Below the pieces are notes generated by a model. That model saw nothing but the letters and a program-made list of their open reading frames with translations. It was not told the origin of the DNA and did not search any database. 55,679 nucleotides of DNA. Source: Chiloscyllium plagiosum (taxonomy: Eukaryota). Shown piece after piece: positions 39,306 to 52,424 of this stretch (the first letter of the stretch is position 1; each line of letters begins with the position of its first letter). The stretch is from NCBI RefSeq assembly GCF_004010195.1, contig NC_057743.1, positions 13,974,422-14,030,100 on the forward strand, read 5' to 3'. The translations under genes were made by a program, and so were the position numbers.

Positions 39306-39929
39306 AAAAATGTGTTGCTGGAAAAGCGCAGCAAGTCAGGTAGCATCAAAGGAACAGGTGAATTGACATCTCGGGCATAAGCCCTTCTTCAGGAATGAGG
39401 AGGGTGTGCCAAGCAGGCTAAGATAAAAGGTAGGGAGGAGGGACTTGGGGGAGGGGTGCTGGGAATACGTTAGGTGGAAGGAGGTTAAGGTGAAGGTGAT
39501 AGGCCGGAGAGGTCGGGAAGAAGATTGCAGGTCAAGAAGGTGGTGCTGAGTTTGAGGGTTGGGACTGAAAAAAGTTGAGGGGGGAGGGGAAATGAGAAAG
39601 CTGGAGAAATTTGCATTTATCCCTTGTGATTGGAGGGTTCCTAGGCGGAAGATGAGGCACTCTTCCTCCAGGCGTCGTGTTGCCATGGTCTGGCAATGGA
39701 GGAGGCCAAGGACCTGCATGACCTTGGCAGAGTGGAAGGGGGAGTTAAAGTGTTCAGCCACGGGGCGGTTGGGTTGGTTGGTGCGGGTGTCCCAGAGGTG
39801 CTGTGTGTACTGCATCCGCTGCGGCCTCCTATACATTGGGGAGACAGGCCGCCTACGTGCGGAACGTTTCAGAGAACACCTCTGGTGTTTAAGCTCTGAT
39901 CTCCAGCATCTGCAGTCCTCACATTCTCC
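39306..39929. mobile_element. Rearranged Penelope-like insertion with 14-bp target-site duplication
   Basis: GIY-YIG pieces VYCIRCGLLYIGETGRLRAERFREHL (plus) and HLWDTRTNQPNRPVAEHFNS...RRLEEECLIFRLGTLQSQGIN (minus). TTTCTACAGGGATT at 39292-39305 and 39930-39943. Confidence 0.85.
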
Positions 39930-40079
39930 TTTCTACAGGGATTCAAAAGCACTTAGTGCAGACTGAGATTTTTTCTGAGATTGGTGCTGAAGCAGATTTG
40001 TAGAGGTCACAGGAGAAGGAGCCATATTGTCAAGCCAACCTGAACTGCGCGAGCATGATGCTCTTGTTTGTGGTGTATG

Positions 40080-41540
40080 AGCATTGCTGAGGTCACTATT
40101 TGGTGCCATCCCTAATTGCTTGGGAGGGTGATGATGAGCTGCTTGAAAGTCCAAAGTGATGTTAGGGAGGTAGTGCCAGGATTTTGACAATGACAATGAA
40201 GGAACAGTGATAGATACACAAGTCTGGATTGTTTATGATAGATGGGAATTTTCAGTTGGGGATGGTCCCATGCATCGACTGCTCTTGCCCTTCCAGGTTG
40301 TACAGGTCATGAATTTGAAAGGTTCTATTGAAGGAGCCTTGATGAGGTGCTGCAGTGTACCTTGCAGATGGCTCATACTGCTATGTGTATGTGCCAATGG
40401 TGGAGTATATGAATGTTGAAGCATGCCAATCAAATAAGCTACTTTGGTCTGGATGGTGTCAAGCTTCTTGAGTTTTGGTGAAGCTAGGTGAGGGGAGTTA
40501 TTGGGGTGTGTGTGTGTGTGAGAAGAGGTGCGGCAGTTACTTGCTGCTGAACTCCCAGCCTCTGATCTACTTTGTAATCATAGCATTTATATGGTTGGTA
40601 AATAGTAACCAAAATGCTGACAGTTGGGAGATTCAGTGATGATAAAGCACCAATCATGGAGGGGTAGTGTCCAATTCTCCCTGTTGGAAACAGTCATTGC
40701 CTGCCACTGAAATGATGTCAACCTTACTTGCTGCTTGTCAGTCCAAACCTGAATGTTGTCCAGGTCTTGCTGCACTTGGGCACGGACTGCTTCAATATTT
40801 GAAGACTGTGCAATAATTCAACACCGTTTGCAAATCTCCCTTCTGATTTAATACAGGAGGGAACATCTGTATTGCAGCAGCCTAAGGTGTTAGGCCCTAA
40901 CATGAACTCCTGAACCAGTGTCCTGGGATTGAGATGTTTGGCCTCAAACAACCACAATTATCTTCCATTGTGCTAGGTATGACTTCGACGACAGAGATTC
41001 TTCACCGCCCCCCCAAATACACATACACAAAAGGATTCCCATTGACTCCAAGTGTAGCTAGTGCTCCTTGATGCCATTCTTAGTCACATTCCATCTCACT
41101 GTCCAGGGAAGTCATTCTCACCTCACTTCTGGGGCTCAGCTCTTTAGGGAATGTAGATAGCCAGGTTGGAACAAGGTCAGGAAGTTGGCAGCTCGAGCCA
41201 AGCCCCAAACTGAGCATAAGCTAGCAGTTTATAGATACAGCCGTCAGTAATACCTTCCATCACTTTGCTGATGATCAAGAGCAGACTGCTGGGGCAGTAA
41301 TTGCTAAGATTGGATTGCCTTGGTTTTTGTGGACAGACCTGCACAATTTTCTACATTGTTAGGTACAGAAGCAGAGCCTTTAGTCCAACCAGTCCATGCC
41401 AACTATAATCCCAAACTAAACTGGTCCCATCTGCCTGCACTTGGCACATATCCCTCTAAACCTTTCCTATTCATGTACTTATTCAAATATCTTTTAAATG
41501 TTTTACTGTACCTGCATCCACCACTTCCTCTCAAAGTTCA
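40080..41540 (-). mobile_element. Degenerate LINE of the same family as 13390-15700, plus a short CR1 3' end (about 41360-41540)
   Basis: Minus ORFs QQDLDNIQVWTDKQQV and LGPNTLGCCNTDVPSCI; tail resembles 15650-15700. Confidence 0.7.
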
Positions 41541-43959
41541 TTGTGAGGTTTCAATATGACAACTGTCAATATTGCAGACGAGGACTGCAACTTTTGCAGA
41601 ATCCAGTACTGTCAGCTGTTTATTGATAGTAGGTGGAGTAAACTCCAATTACTTGAAGACTGGCATCTGTGATGCAGGGTATCTATGGAGCAGGCCAAGA
41701 GGGATCATCCACTTGGTAGTTCTGTTGAAGGTGGCTGCAGATGCTTCAGCTGTGCATGACATAGATATCTTAAATGGGGGGGCTTTCCTTCCAGAGCAAA
41801 TCTCCAACTCGTTAAGAACAAATGCTCTCTATGTTCCTAGTCAGATGCTGCAAATGTCAAGTAACAAGATCTACAACAGGCTCATAGGAAAAAAAAACAC
41901 TTGTACTGGGACAGGAACAGTATGTCTCAATTCACAATAAATGATGGACAACTTTTTTTTAAAAAATGCTTTGGTTACAAGAGTCAAGGGCTAACTTTCT
42001 CAAGCCCAGTAAAGAGTGGGTTAACATCTTTCAGGTGGTTGTGATGCTATTCTTCCCATTTTCTAAAAAAAAATCCAGATCCTCTGCCTGAAGGCTTTGA
42101 TATACTGTGACATGGCTCCACAATCTAGGCTGTCACTGTATTCAAATGTGTTGTTAGAAAGTGTGCTAATTAGGACGATCACCAATTTTTGACAGCCATA
42201 GCAACAGCAACCTAACTTAGTTTGGGGAGGCAGGGAAGGAAGTGGAGATGTGTGCCAGTCAGGGTTCAGAAAGGAGATCTATACACAACAGGAGAGATAG
42301 CCAAGGTATAAAATGAGTTTGTGTGTTTGATTCCTTACACATAGGACAGGGGTTTTATTCAATGCTTTAAAATGTCAGATCTGATGCTTATAATTGTTTA
42401 CTTCACTTTAGTTTTTGATTGTCAGGCACCACACTCTAGGAAACACACAGGACAGAAATCAGACACATTTAATCAAATATAAAAGATCCAAACCTTACAA
42501 TTTATATCCTTATCAAAGAAGATGCTGCCAAAGTCATTGAAGGGGATAATTAAGATTCCTCATAGGCTGAAAATTAATAAACAGGGAGGTATTTAAAAGG
42601 ATGATTGCCATAAACCTTTATAAATTATGACGAGATGGAATATATTGGAGGATGCTGAAGGGTGGGCAGTTTGAGTCATAATCTTCCAACTCTCCTTCGA
42701 TAATGGGTGGTGCCAAAGAATGGAGAATTGCAAATATTATACCATTGTTCAAAGTGGGTTATTGGTTTGTACTTGCTAGATTCATCCTATCAGCTAAATG
42801 TGTGCATTTGTGTCGGGGGGGGGGGTAGCAGAAGTGAGCATTTAGAAATAGCATTCGAGGATAAAATTAAAAATTGCTTTAGCATAGGTTCAATAGTTAG
42901 GGAAAGTCAGCGCAGGATCAGTGAGGGAAATTTGTGTTTAAGTATCAAAAACTGCACAGGTAGGGGAGAGATGTAGCAAGTAAAATTAATACAGCCTTCA
43001 TGGACTTTCAAAAGATATTTCATAACATGTCACATCACAGATTTCAAATTTGAGCCGTGTAGAATAAATGTGGCATTGGCAGAATCAGTACAAATGTTAC
43101 TGAATGACAGGAAACAGAATAGTGTGACTGGTTTTCAGACCGGAGAGAGAAACAGTAGTATGGCTGCCTAGAATTCGCAATTGGATTCACACTGATGTAG
43201 CACGTTTCCATGTACTGGAAACTATATTTATTAATAAGGAGGCCCCTCTCTTTGGAGACAGTAAGGACATTTACACACATTGCGCCTGTTTCAACTCACT
43301 GAAATAACTGATCGCCATTCACTTGTTCATTTTTCAAGAGAATGCCTTGATAAGTGAAGAGTTATGTAACGTAGTCAATGATTACCCCACCGCTGATTCA
43401 CACAGATCAATGGGAGCACATAGAGGATCTTAGCTCGTGTAGATGCTGATAGAACTAAATGGTTATTTCAGTAAGGCCACAACTGGAACTTCATGCTGTA
43501 TTCGTTTCACCCTAAAGTCAGCTGTGCTCCCATGGTTTCCAACTCTATCCTGGGAACAGTACAAAGACAGATTGATTTGGTGTGGAAGGGGAGTCAGACA
43601 GCTGCTCAGAGACACTCAGACTGAGCAGTGACCAATGCATTACCACAGCAGGCAATTTTCCCATTAACGCAGCAGGCCGGACACCTCTCTGGTTTAGTAT
43701 CTCAGACAGGAGAAAAAAGAAATGGGGCTTTATCAAAGCAGAGGCTTTGTATGCTCCAAACTCTGGATTTATATATTGTTTTATAGGCACCCTCTCATAT
43801 GGCTTCCCTTCAGAATGTGACAGAATTAGGATAAAATTACAAGGAAACTACAAATAACAGAAATACCAAGCTTTATATAAAAATATTTGTTTCCCCATAT
43901 TTACAATATCAAAATTAGGTGAAAAGGAAAATAGCAAACATTGGCGAATACTGATTGAT

Positions 43960-44260
43960 CATAGAATCCCTAGCGTGGAAGCAGGCCATTCAGCCCATTG
44001 AGTCTGCATCAACCCTCCAAAAAGCATCCTACCTAGACCCACCCTAACTCCACATTTCCCGTGGCTAATCCACCTATCCTGTCCATCACTGGACAATATG
44101 GGCAATTTAACAATGGCCAATTCACCTAAACTGCACATCTTTGATCTGTGGGAGGAAACTGGAGCGCCCAGAGGAAACCCAAAGCAGACATGGGGAAAAT
44201 GTGCAAACTCCACACTGAGGGTGGACTTGAACTTGGGTCACTGCTGCTGTGCGGTAGCAG
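43960..44260 (-). mobile_element. HE1-like V-SINE
   Basis: Reverse-complement V-domain (tgtgggaggaaactggagcgcccagaggaaaccc...gtgcaaactccacac). Confidence 0.85.
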
Positions 44261-44880
44261 TGATGCAGTTGAACAATTTATTTTCCTCATCACCGTCAAT
44301 CCCTCCACTTCTGAAGGTATCAAATACAATCCACTTACAGTGGCACTAACTGCCCTCCTGTACCTTACCTAACACAATGTATTTCCTGTGTAAGTTTGGA
44401 CAGGAAGCAACAGACTCTGCAGTTACAACAGGTATCATTTCCAACATGGATCCTATCCTTTCCAATTGATCTATAGACTGTCGAAGGGCGGTACTGTTTC
44501 ACCAACTAGAAATCTGGACAGTTTGATGTTATCCAACCTTCCAGCATTTCTTACTTAGGTTCTATAATGACCTGAATTAATAGCGCCTAATTCACCCCAG
44601 CCTGGGAAATGTCCAAACTGGGAATTTTCAGGGCATCAAATCTCCCCGCATTGAGTAAATTCTAGGCCTTTAAGACTCACTTGCATTAAAAGGAAACAGA
44701 ATGGGTATTACCCTAGCAATGGTCTCAAAATTCTGCACACTCAACAACTCAGTTATTACACACTCAGCAGTAATCCTCAGAAGACAACCTCGCTGCTTGA
44801 AGAAGGAAGTACATTTAAAGTGGTACCAAACAGAAAGAGTTTAATGGCTGCACTGTGTTCAGATGACAAGTTTGCAGCAG

Positions 44881-47514
44881 CTATTTTTCAGACGTTATGT
44901 CAATCAGGTAAGCATTAATGAAAGGTAAAAGCTGCCAGTTATCAGTGACAATATCAACCTTTGCCATATCGTGCGCCTGCTCCAGACTGAGCAAAAGGTG
45001 GACTCGAGGGGGTAGGAACAGAAAAACCTTGTAAGACTCTGGGTCTGACTGCTGCGAAACCACATATTTTTGAAAGTGCAGGTTTACGAGTTCACTCAGC
45101 GGTCTCTGAACTGTCGTAAAGCAGAAGCGACTGAGAACAGACTGGCTGGATCCAGTCTGGAGCAAGGATTCCCAGAACTGGTTAAAGAGTCGAGCCTTCA
45201 TTTCCAGCGGCCAATTTGTCGGAACGGGAAGGGCCAGGAACAAACGGGCGAAACCGATGTCAACAGGTTCAAGCTGGCTACAACACGTACTGCCGTCCTC
45301 CCTGGTAAAGACTGCTCTCGTGTGTAAAGTGACGGGAAAAGGTAGATGCGGCTTGAAAGCCAAGGAGAAAACATGAGGGTTTCTGCTTAGGAAGAGACAG
45401 GGTACATGGAGATCACTCAGTGGCTCGTAGTGGGTACTCCTCAGGTCAAAACAGAGATGCACAGTGTAGATTTTGTGATACTCAGGATCGACTTCCTCAG
45501 CAAAAGTCAAATGGAATTTCATCACAATAGTAGGAGCAAATCCGACATTTTGGAATTGGTTCAAGTAGTTCTGTAAGGAATCTTCTTCAAAGTCCTTCAC
45601 GGTTGTGTCTCCGGCAGGACCGAGATTGGAAAAGCCTTCTTCTGGGACTGGAATGAGTTTCAGTACGGGGTGTTTTATTGGAAGAACAGAGATGGAGTGA
45701 TCTGCACTCTCTGACATTAGGGATGAGAGTGATCGCGCCTTTGCCCGAATACAGTTCCCTGTCCCCGGTGCCACGATTCCTGCGAGCTTCTCGTGGGAGA
45801 GGCAGGTGAGTAAGGCATAATAGAAATGGGCATGGTCCTGAATGTCAATGTCCTGGAACTGGGCATGAACGTGCTGCAGGAGGTCTGCAAGGTCACTGAA
45901 GATGGGCTCCACGTTCTGGTGATGCAGAATGCTTTTGCACACTGACAGCACTGAGTTACCCATTCTCCAATCACCCTGCCTGCACAGGTCGGAAGCTTGA
46001 ACAACATTCAGTAAAAACTGAACTGTTGTCTTTTGCAATATGGTGGGTTCCTTGGCCACTCTTGCTAGGACCTTGAGGTGCCATATGAGTTTATGAGGAG
46101 ACAGTTGCTTTGGTGGGAGTTCCACAATCAGCTTGCGCAAAGCCTCCCCCAGTGAAACAGGCCATTTGGAATCCTCAAAGAGGTGCTGAATGCTGTCTAT
46201 GAGATTAATCATGTGTGGAGCTAAGGTGCAATGCCTCTGGTACAGCTTAACCATATATTGAGTCAGCTCCGACATATACATTTCACTGGCATGGAAGCAA
46301 CTCACAAATATGTACACGGCTTGGAAAAACGTCACAGTATGTCCTCGGCTTCCATTGGCATCCACCAGTTTGTATAAGGACACAAGGTAGTCAAAGATCT
46401 CAGCAAGTCCTCTTTCCTCCTCAGCACTGTCAAGGCACATAAGACTCACCAGGTTGAGACGAGACATCATTGTGCTGCTGTCGTTAAAAAGTGTGGGGAA
46501 AAGGCAAGCCGCCATCTTTGGCGTGAACAAAACTGGAAGATTCTCTTCCAGGTTAGAGTTAATGGGGCGGTTTTCAGGAAAGTGAAGCAAGCAGTCCATG
46601 TAGAAGAGCTTGACAGAATTGCTGAGCAGTGGATGCTGGGCCATGCAGACCAGACGCTTCAACAGGAAGTTCTCATCCTCGGCACTGAAGAGACTATCAG
46701 TGAAGCTGGCCTTCATGTGCAGCATGCTGTGCATCAAGGAGATATCCATTGTCCCAAACAAACGCAGTAACTGGGATCGGAAAATGGCTGGAGAAAGCGA
46801 GCGCACCATAAGGACCACCTGGATCAATTCGTGAAACAAAGCAGCTTGGGATACTGGAGTTAGAAGGAAGGACTCCTCCAACAGCAGAGTCACTGAAGAC
46901 TTCAACTCCTTTGTCTCAATGGTCGACGGTAATGGAGTCAGATCGGTGGTTGTGGTGATGGCTAATAAATCCTGTGGCTTTTCCATCACCTTCCATTTGA
47001 TTTCCTCGTTCCTTGTCAACAATTCTCGGATGGCTCCATCTGACACATCGCGCGACCCCGAGAGTGCGCGGACTGCATTTTTCAACGCTTGGATATACAG
47101 CAGCGTGTAGGCCTGGTGCAGCGGACTGACTTCCTTTTGCTGGAGGGTGTGCAGAAGTTCCAGTTTTCTTGACAGGAGCCCTGGGTGACATGTTTCAAAT
47201 TCTCGAAGGCAGTCGCACGCTAGGACCCTGAGGGGCCTGAAATGTCCCCCGTATTTGCGATCATTAGTGTCACACACTGCATCAAACAGTTGGGTCATCA
47301 GATTGTTCAATATTTTCACATTGCTGGTCAGGTGATCAGTGGCAATGACTATAGTGGTGACTGAAAGCAGCAAGTGGCATTTCAGATTGACCGACTTGGG
47401 TACAAAGGGCAGCTGTGAGTAGATGCTGAAGATTGACTCTGCTGCCTGCTCAGCCACCCGAGAGCTGGTGAACAGCCATCCTGGGAATTCCTGAATTATC
47501 CCGAGAATCTGTAT
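44881..47514 (-). CDS. AP5B1: AP-5 complex subunit beta-1, large terminal coding exon
   Basis: Acceptor ttgcatttcag|ATA, then 877 codons to TAG (IQILGIIQEFPGWL ... RPLRVLACDCLREFETCHPGLL ... LLHFPENRP ... DIQDHAHFYYALL ... FLPPRVHLLL ... TDNWQLLPFINAYL). These motifs resemble AP5B1. Confidence 0.93.
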   Translation of the reverse strand: MQILGIIQEFPGWLFTSSRVAEQAAESIFSIYSQLPFVPKSVNLKCHLLLSVTTIVIATDHLTSNVKILNNLMTQLFDAVCDTNDRKYGGHFRPLRVLACDCLREFETCHPGLLSRKLELLHTLQQKEVSPLHQAYTLLYIQALKNAVRALSGSRDVSDGAIRELLTRNEEIKWKVMEKPQDLLAITTTTDLTPLPSTIETKELKSSVTLLLEESFLLTPVSQAALFHELIQVVLMVRSLSPAIFRSQLLRLFGTMDISLMHSMLHMKASFTDSLFSAEDENFLLKRLVCMAQHPLLSNSVKLFYMDCLLHFPENRPINSNLEENLPVLFTPKMAACLFPTLFNDSSTMMSRLNLVSLMCLDSAEEERGLAEIFDYLVSLYKLVDANGSRGHTVTFFQAVYIFVSCFHASEMYMSELTQYMVKLYQRHCTLAPHMINLIDSIQHLFEDSKWPVSLGEALRKLIVELPPKQLSPHKLIWHLKVLARVAKEPTILQKTTVQFLLNVVQASDLCRQGDWRMGNSVLSVCKSILHHQNVEPIFSDLADLLQHVHAQFQDIDIQDHAHFYYALLTCLSHEKLAGIVAPGTGNCIRAKARSLSSLMSESADHSISVLPIKHPVLKLIPVPEEGFSNLGPAGDTTVKDFEEDSLQNYLNQFQNVGFAPTIVMKFHLTFAEEVDPEYHKIYTVHLCFDLRSTHYEPLSDLHVPCLFLSRNPHVFSLAFKPHLPFPVTLHTRAVFTREDGSTCCSQLEPVDIGFARLFLALPVPTNWPLEMKARLFNQFWESLLQTGSSQSVLSRFCFTTVQRPLSELVNLHFQKYVVSQQSDPESYKVFLFLPPRVHLLLSLEQAHDMAKVDIVTDNWQLLPFINAYLIDITSEK

Positions 47515-48839
47515 CTGAAATGCAAATTCAGACAAGAAATATTACAGACCCTGAGCACCAATTATTGTACAGCTCTCTGCCACATCTTTCTTAAGATCAG
47601 GTGACTAAATTGAGAAGCCCAGATCCCACTGAACGCAATCTACGATGAGGTCACGAGAACAGATGTGAGATAAATAAAGAGTTAGTGATTAGCTGATACC
47701 AAACTTGAATTCTGAAAGGCTGTAGATTCAAAGACTGGGCAGACGCTGGCTAGCATTAATAAACTCCTGAAAGTTACACTTTGGGGATGAATGAATTGAT
47801 ATGGGAAGGGGGTCTGATGAGACTTAATGTCAACGCATTGAGGATACAGAGAACGACAGAAGGTAAAGTCAGCATTATCCTAATGGACCAAAGGGCTGCT
47901 CTCCCATTAGAGAGAGATGATGGATGACTGTTTAATCTGAGGGTCACTATGCCTCAGGCGAGGGGAGAGAGGTTGAGAAGGAGAGTCTTTAATGGTAACT
48001 CGGCTCATGCGGGAATTGAACCCACACGGTTATTGTTGCTCTGTATAATAAACCAGCTATCCAGACAACTAACCAACCAACCAAACCCTGGCAAGTAAAC
48101 AAATATATTAAGGACTTAGATGTGACAAATGAGAAAAAAGATTAATTGAGTGATTCAACTGTTTAAAATGTTTGTAAGGAATAGATGAAAGATTACTACA
48201 GGACAATGCAACCTCATTGCCTGAATTTTGCAATGGCAGCACCACTATCCCAGTATAATCTAAAGTATTTCCTTTATCATTGCCCACTGGTTTTTAAAGA
48301 TTTTGATTCAGTGACCTCTGAAAGCCAATAAGGAGATTAACTCAGAACCTGATCCCTGACAGACTGCACGTTTACACTGTTAATTGGAAACAGTTTTACA
48401 GCAAAAGGAGGCATCTTCCCAATAATTCAGCTGTCACGCTGCGCAGTGAGAGCTTTACATACTTCAGGAAGATCCCAGTTTCAACACCTGGTCAGCGTTT
48501 GGGAAATCAGCATTAGCCCGGGCAATAGACAGGGGATCCAGTTGACCTCCCCTCCCCCCCCCACCCAACTGCTACCCAGATGAAAAGAACACAATGAGTG
48601 TATACAGTGGATGATGCTTTGACAGGCCTCAGCTGCGAGATTAAAACAGCCTGCTGATCTCTGGGCTGAAACGTGACAAATGGCCACTTTGTTGAGGTAT
48701 CAGATTGCATCTTAAACTGTGAATTTACAAAATTAGCAGAGAAAATTAAAGCATCAAAAGTCAATCCATGCGCTCTCTCAATACAGCAATCTTTCACTAA
48801 ATCAGGAAAGGAAGGCAAAGTGACAGGGTGGTGTCATAC

Positions 48840-48986
48840 CTTTACGTTTTCACTGATCTTCTCATCTGCCAGGACCCTCAGGAGATCGTAAACAAAGTTC
48901 TCAGTTGTTGTGCTGGCAAGAAAATGTGACGGACTGGCATAGAATGCTGCTACTTTCTGGGACCATTCAGAATTTGACACTGCCAT
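48840..48986 (-). CDS. AP5B1: AP5B1 first coding exon
   Basis: gccATGG Kozak; MAVSNSEWSQKVAAFYASPSHFLASTTTENFVYDLLRVLADEKISENVK|gtatga; resembles human WAQRLGAFRASPSAF...DLLSDLRSEKLSEQTK; 147 nt, phase 0. An acceptor (ttttgcag) precedes it, with the exon starting at 48998. Not in the ORF track. Confidence 0.93.
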
Positions 48987-51357
48987 GGCACTGGATTACT
49001 GCAAAATAGAATACATTGCAAGTTGAGCGTGTACTTGTGCCACAAACAAACCGAAATTGCTGGAAAAAAACTCAGCAGGTCTTGCTGCATCTGGGGCCAG
49101 AAAGCAAAGTTAATGTTTCGGGTCCAGTCACCTTTCTTCAGAACGACTTCAGAACTACTTTTGTGCTCCTTCTTCCCTCCCACCAAGTACTCACTTTCAA
49201 CTGAAGCAGGGCTGCAAAGCTAACCATCATCACTCTGGGCTCTGATCTTTCAGGGGCACTGAGATTAACAGCAGCTCAGCAAAGGCAATTAGTAAGTGTT
49301 ACAGTCATCGTGCATTTCCCCCAGCATTGTCGAATAATACTAACTCCCCAAACATGTTCCAATAAGAGAATCACACTCAATCAGGGCTGTTCATATTTGA
49401 TCATTGTGAGCCCCATGTTCTGTGTTCTTCAGTTATTTTATTGGGGGAGGGGGTAGGGCTGGAGGGCAGGTGAGAGTACATAAAGTGGAAAAGCCTCATC
49501 CACTATGGTGGTGCATACATTTCAAGGTGCTCATACCAACATACCTTGGTGCTTTCATTTAGGATTTATTTACAGAAGGGGCAACAGCACTGAAGTAACC
49601 CCTCATCACAGGGGTGCAATAATTCAAATAAGACTAAGCAGTAGATCAGAACAGTTAGGGACTAGATTGCTTGGACTCAGAAACCAGATTTCTTGAAGTT
49701 CGAGGGATTACATGGATCAAGATGGCAGCGTGAATACCATGCCGTGGCTAAAACCTAGGCCAAGGAACGTGCTACTGGAGATAGTTCACCATTGTTCAGT
49801 AGATGAGTGGTAGTTGAGAAATAAATTGTATCACACTGGGTAAACATTTAAGCTCACAGAGGGGCTTCAATCAGGCTGATGTGCCTGGTCAGTTCCCCTC
49901 CAACAAGGAGCCTCTGTGGACCAGTTTGTTGCTGAAATTGTTCACTGTCCAGTTCCAAACGAGAAGCACTGAGGGTTCTCTCTAACTGAGTAGAACAAAT
50001 GGATCTTTTGAGAATGTCATGTCCAAGCTGGTTTATGTTCAGCGCTGCACAGAATAGAGCTGCTGAGTCAGCTGGCTTCAAAGAATCCCACCCATAAGGT
50101 TAACCCTTTTCCTCTCCCTTTCAGTTGAATGAACTGCCTGCACATTTTGTCCTTCTGAGAACTTATCCAAAATGTTTAACATTCACCTCCAAATGAATTT
50201 TTGTATTTTAACAATTCCTTGTATGCGAAATGCTTTAAAAAATGTTTGAGACTTCGAGGCATTAAACTGGCAAAGAATTTTTTTTTTAATATTCATGCGA
50301 CTGCTACAAGTAAAGGAACAAAACAAGCACCATCTGGTATTTAGGTGACAGAAGACTATAAATTGAGTTTAATCTCTTGGCTTATTGACCTACACCAAAC
50401 AAATGGTCTTGACAGACACCCTGTCCCTGCTGTTTCACATACATCTCAAGTTTCTTTTCAGAACTTATTCACAATTGAGCTATCAGCACGGATAAGTCAA
50501 TTCCAAAACTCTAAGTTCCCAACTTGAAACAGGCAAACAAAAACTAAAACACAGGCGCAGACAGTAGCAAGTGGCCTGATGTTCAGTGACAAGACTATAG
50601 GGTTTGGGGTCCTTGTGACTGGATGCACATTCTTACATGGAAAATGTTAGCAAACCCTTGTACGTAAAAATGAGGGGATCAGTTCCTGCTATCAACAACT
50701 TGAATAGAAAAAAGGAAATAGCATTTACTTAGCAGCTTTAACACCACAAGCACATTACAAAGATTGACATCAAGCTACATGTAGGGCAAGATAGAAGCCA
50801 GGCTAGTCCAACTGGTTTATTGAAATCACAAGCTATCGGAGTGCTGCCTCTTTGTTACTGCGCCTGACTAAGGGTCAGCGCTCTGAAAGCTTGTGATTTC
50901 AAATGCATCTGTTCGACTATAACCTGGCATCAAATGACTTCTGACCTTGTCTACCCCAGTCCAACACCACATCATTTTAGGGCTGGAAATGAAAAGCTTT
51001 AAAGAATGCCTTAAAAGATGAAAGGGAAACAGAGACTCATCTGGTACAAATCCCATGTATGTTCAAAGTGCAGGTAAGGAAGAAAGATGGATAACAAATT
51101 CTACAACCTGAGGACATCCTGAAGTACTTGACAATGATACTTTTAAAGTGTATTCACTGTTGCAATGTAGGAAATTGGAGTTACTGATGACCAGCGTGCA
51201 GTTGCATCAGAGGAAGGAAAATGACTGTATATTTGTACAAATGTAGGCAAACTGCGAGAGCACAAAATCAGCACATGATTGGTTGGGGAGTGGGACTGGA
51301 TTTGTAAATGAGGCTCTACATTACCATATCAACAATAACTTACAATTGTACATTGAT

Positions 51358-52224
51358 GCATTTATTGTAATGTGGGCCCTCCATCTTGAGCGCAATGATT
51401 CTGACACAGCAATATGACAGTATTCTGTGAAAATGTATTTCTAACAGTATAATGATTATGTAAACAAGACAGACTAGTACACATCCTTCAGAAGGCAACT
51501 GGCTAAGTATTTGAAAAGGAAACATTTGCTAGGCAATTGCAACTCGAAGGGACTGGGCAATCCTTTTTAAAGAACTGACAGACACAATGGGCTAAACCTT
51601 CATGTTGAATTATAGATGAATGCTTTGTAATTAAAATTGATATAGATACATCACCAGAAAGATTAGACAAGGTAGATCAAGATGGTCATGTGCAGAGTTG
51701 ATTAATACCAATCTGGCCAGATTAAGGACAGCTACAATTAGCCATAGATTAGATCTAATTATAATTACAATTTCTACTTAACTTGAAAATGGACAGACAG
51801 CATTCACTGTTAAGGAAGCAAAGCAAAAACTACACTTCAACAAGGTATGGGAGCACATGCAGCAAGGGAGTCAACAACTTCAAGGAGGGAAGAGTGCAGC
51901 TGACAATGAGAGGGGAAAAGCAGCCATTAAAGACAGTACATTTCAGACTGGAAGAAATCCCACAATGACAGCAGCACATCAGTACACTTTCTCTCACATC
52001 AGTTCTGTAAAATGAGTTGTCCAGTATCTTCTAGTTGCAATTGCCCAAAGAAGGCTTTCTTTTCAAATACTTAGCCAGGTGTCTTCTGAAGGCTACAGAT
52101 TGGTCTGTCTAATTTATATATTCATTCTACAGTTAGAAATACTTGCTTTTTCACAGAAGACTATAACATTGGAGTGTCAGAATCACTGGGCTCAAGTTGC
52201 TGGGCCCACATTTCAATAAATGAC
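51358..52224. repeat. Diverged inverted repeat, arms about 51358-51562 and 52015-52224
   Basis: catttattgtaatgtgggccc...tgattctgacac...ccttcagaagg..ctggctaagtatttgaaaag...ggcaattgcaact is matched by its reverse complement about 450 bp downstream. Confidence 0.8.
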
Positions 52225-52424
52225 TCAAAAACAGCAGCAGCAACTTGCAATTATGCATCGGTTATGTACAGTCTCATTTCAAAACCTATTCCCACTCACC
52301 TACCCAATCCCGTGGCGATCTTGTGTTCCCAGAGTTTATCTGCATTTGCACAAATTTCTCCCATTCTGAACACAAAGTCCCTTTGTGCACCATTTTGGAC
52401 AAAGTAAAGGGGTAATTATGACAG

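Noticed and set aside
45070-47191. Several short ORFs overlapping AP5B1 in other frames or on the other strand
   Set aside because: Expected by-products of a long coding exon; no recognisable motifs.
47515-47535. ORF-track start of the 884-aa protein (MSEFAFQ)
   Set aside because: The start is a TTG inside the intron's acceptor region; the true start is in the exon at 48986.
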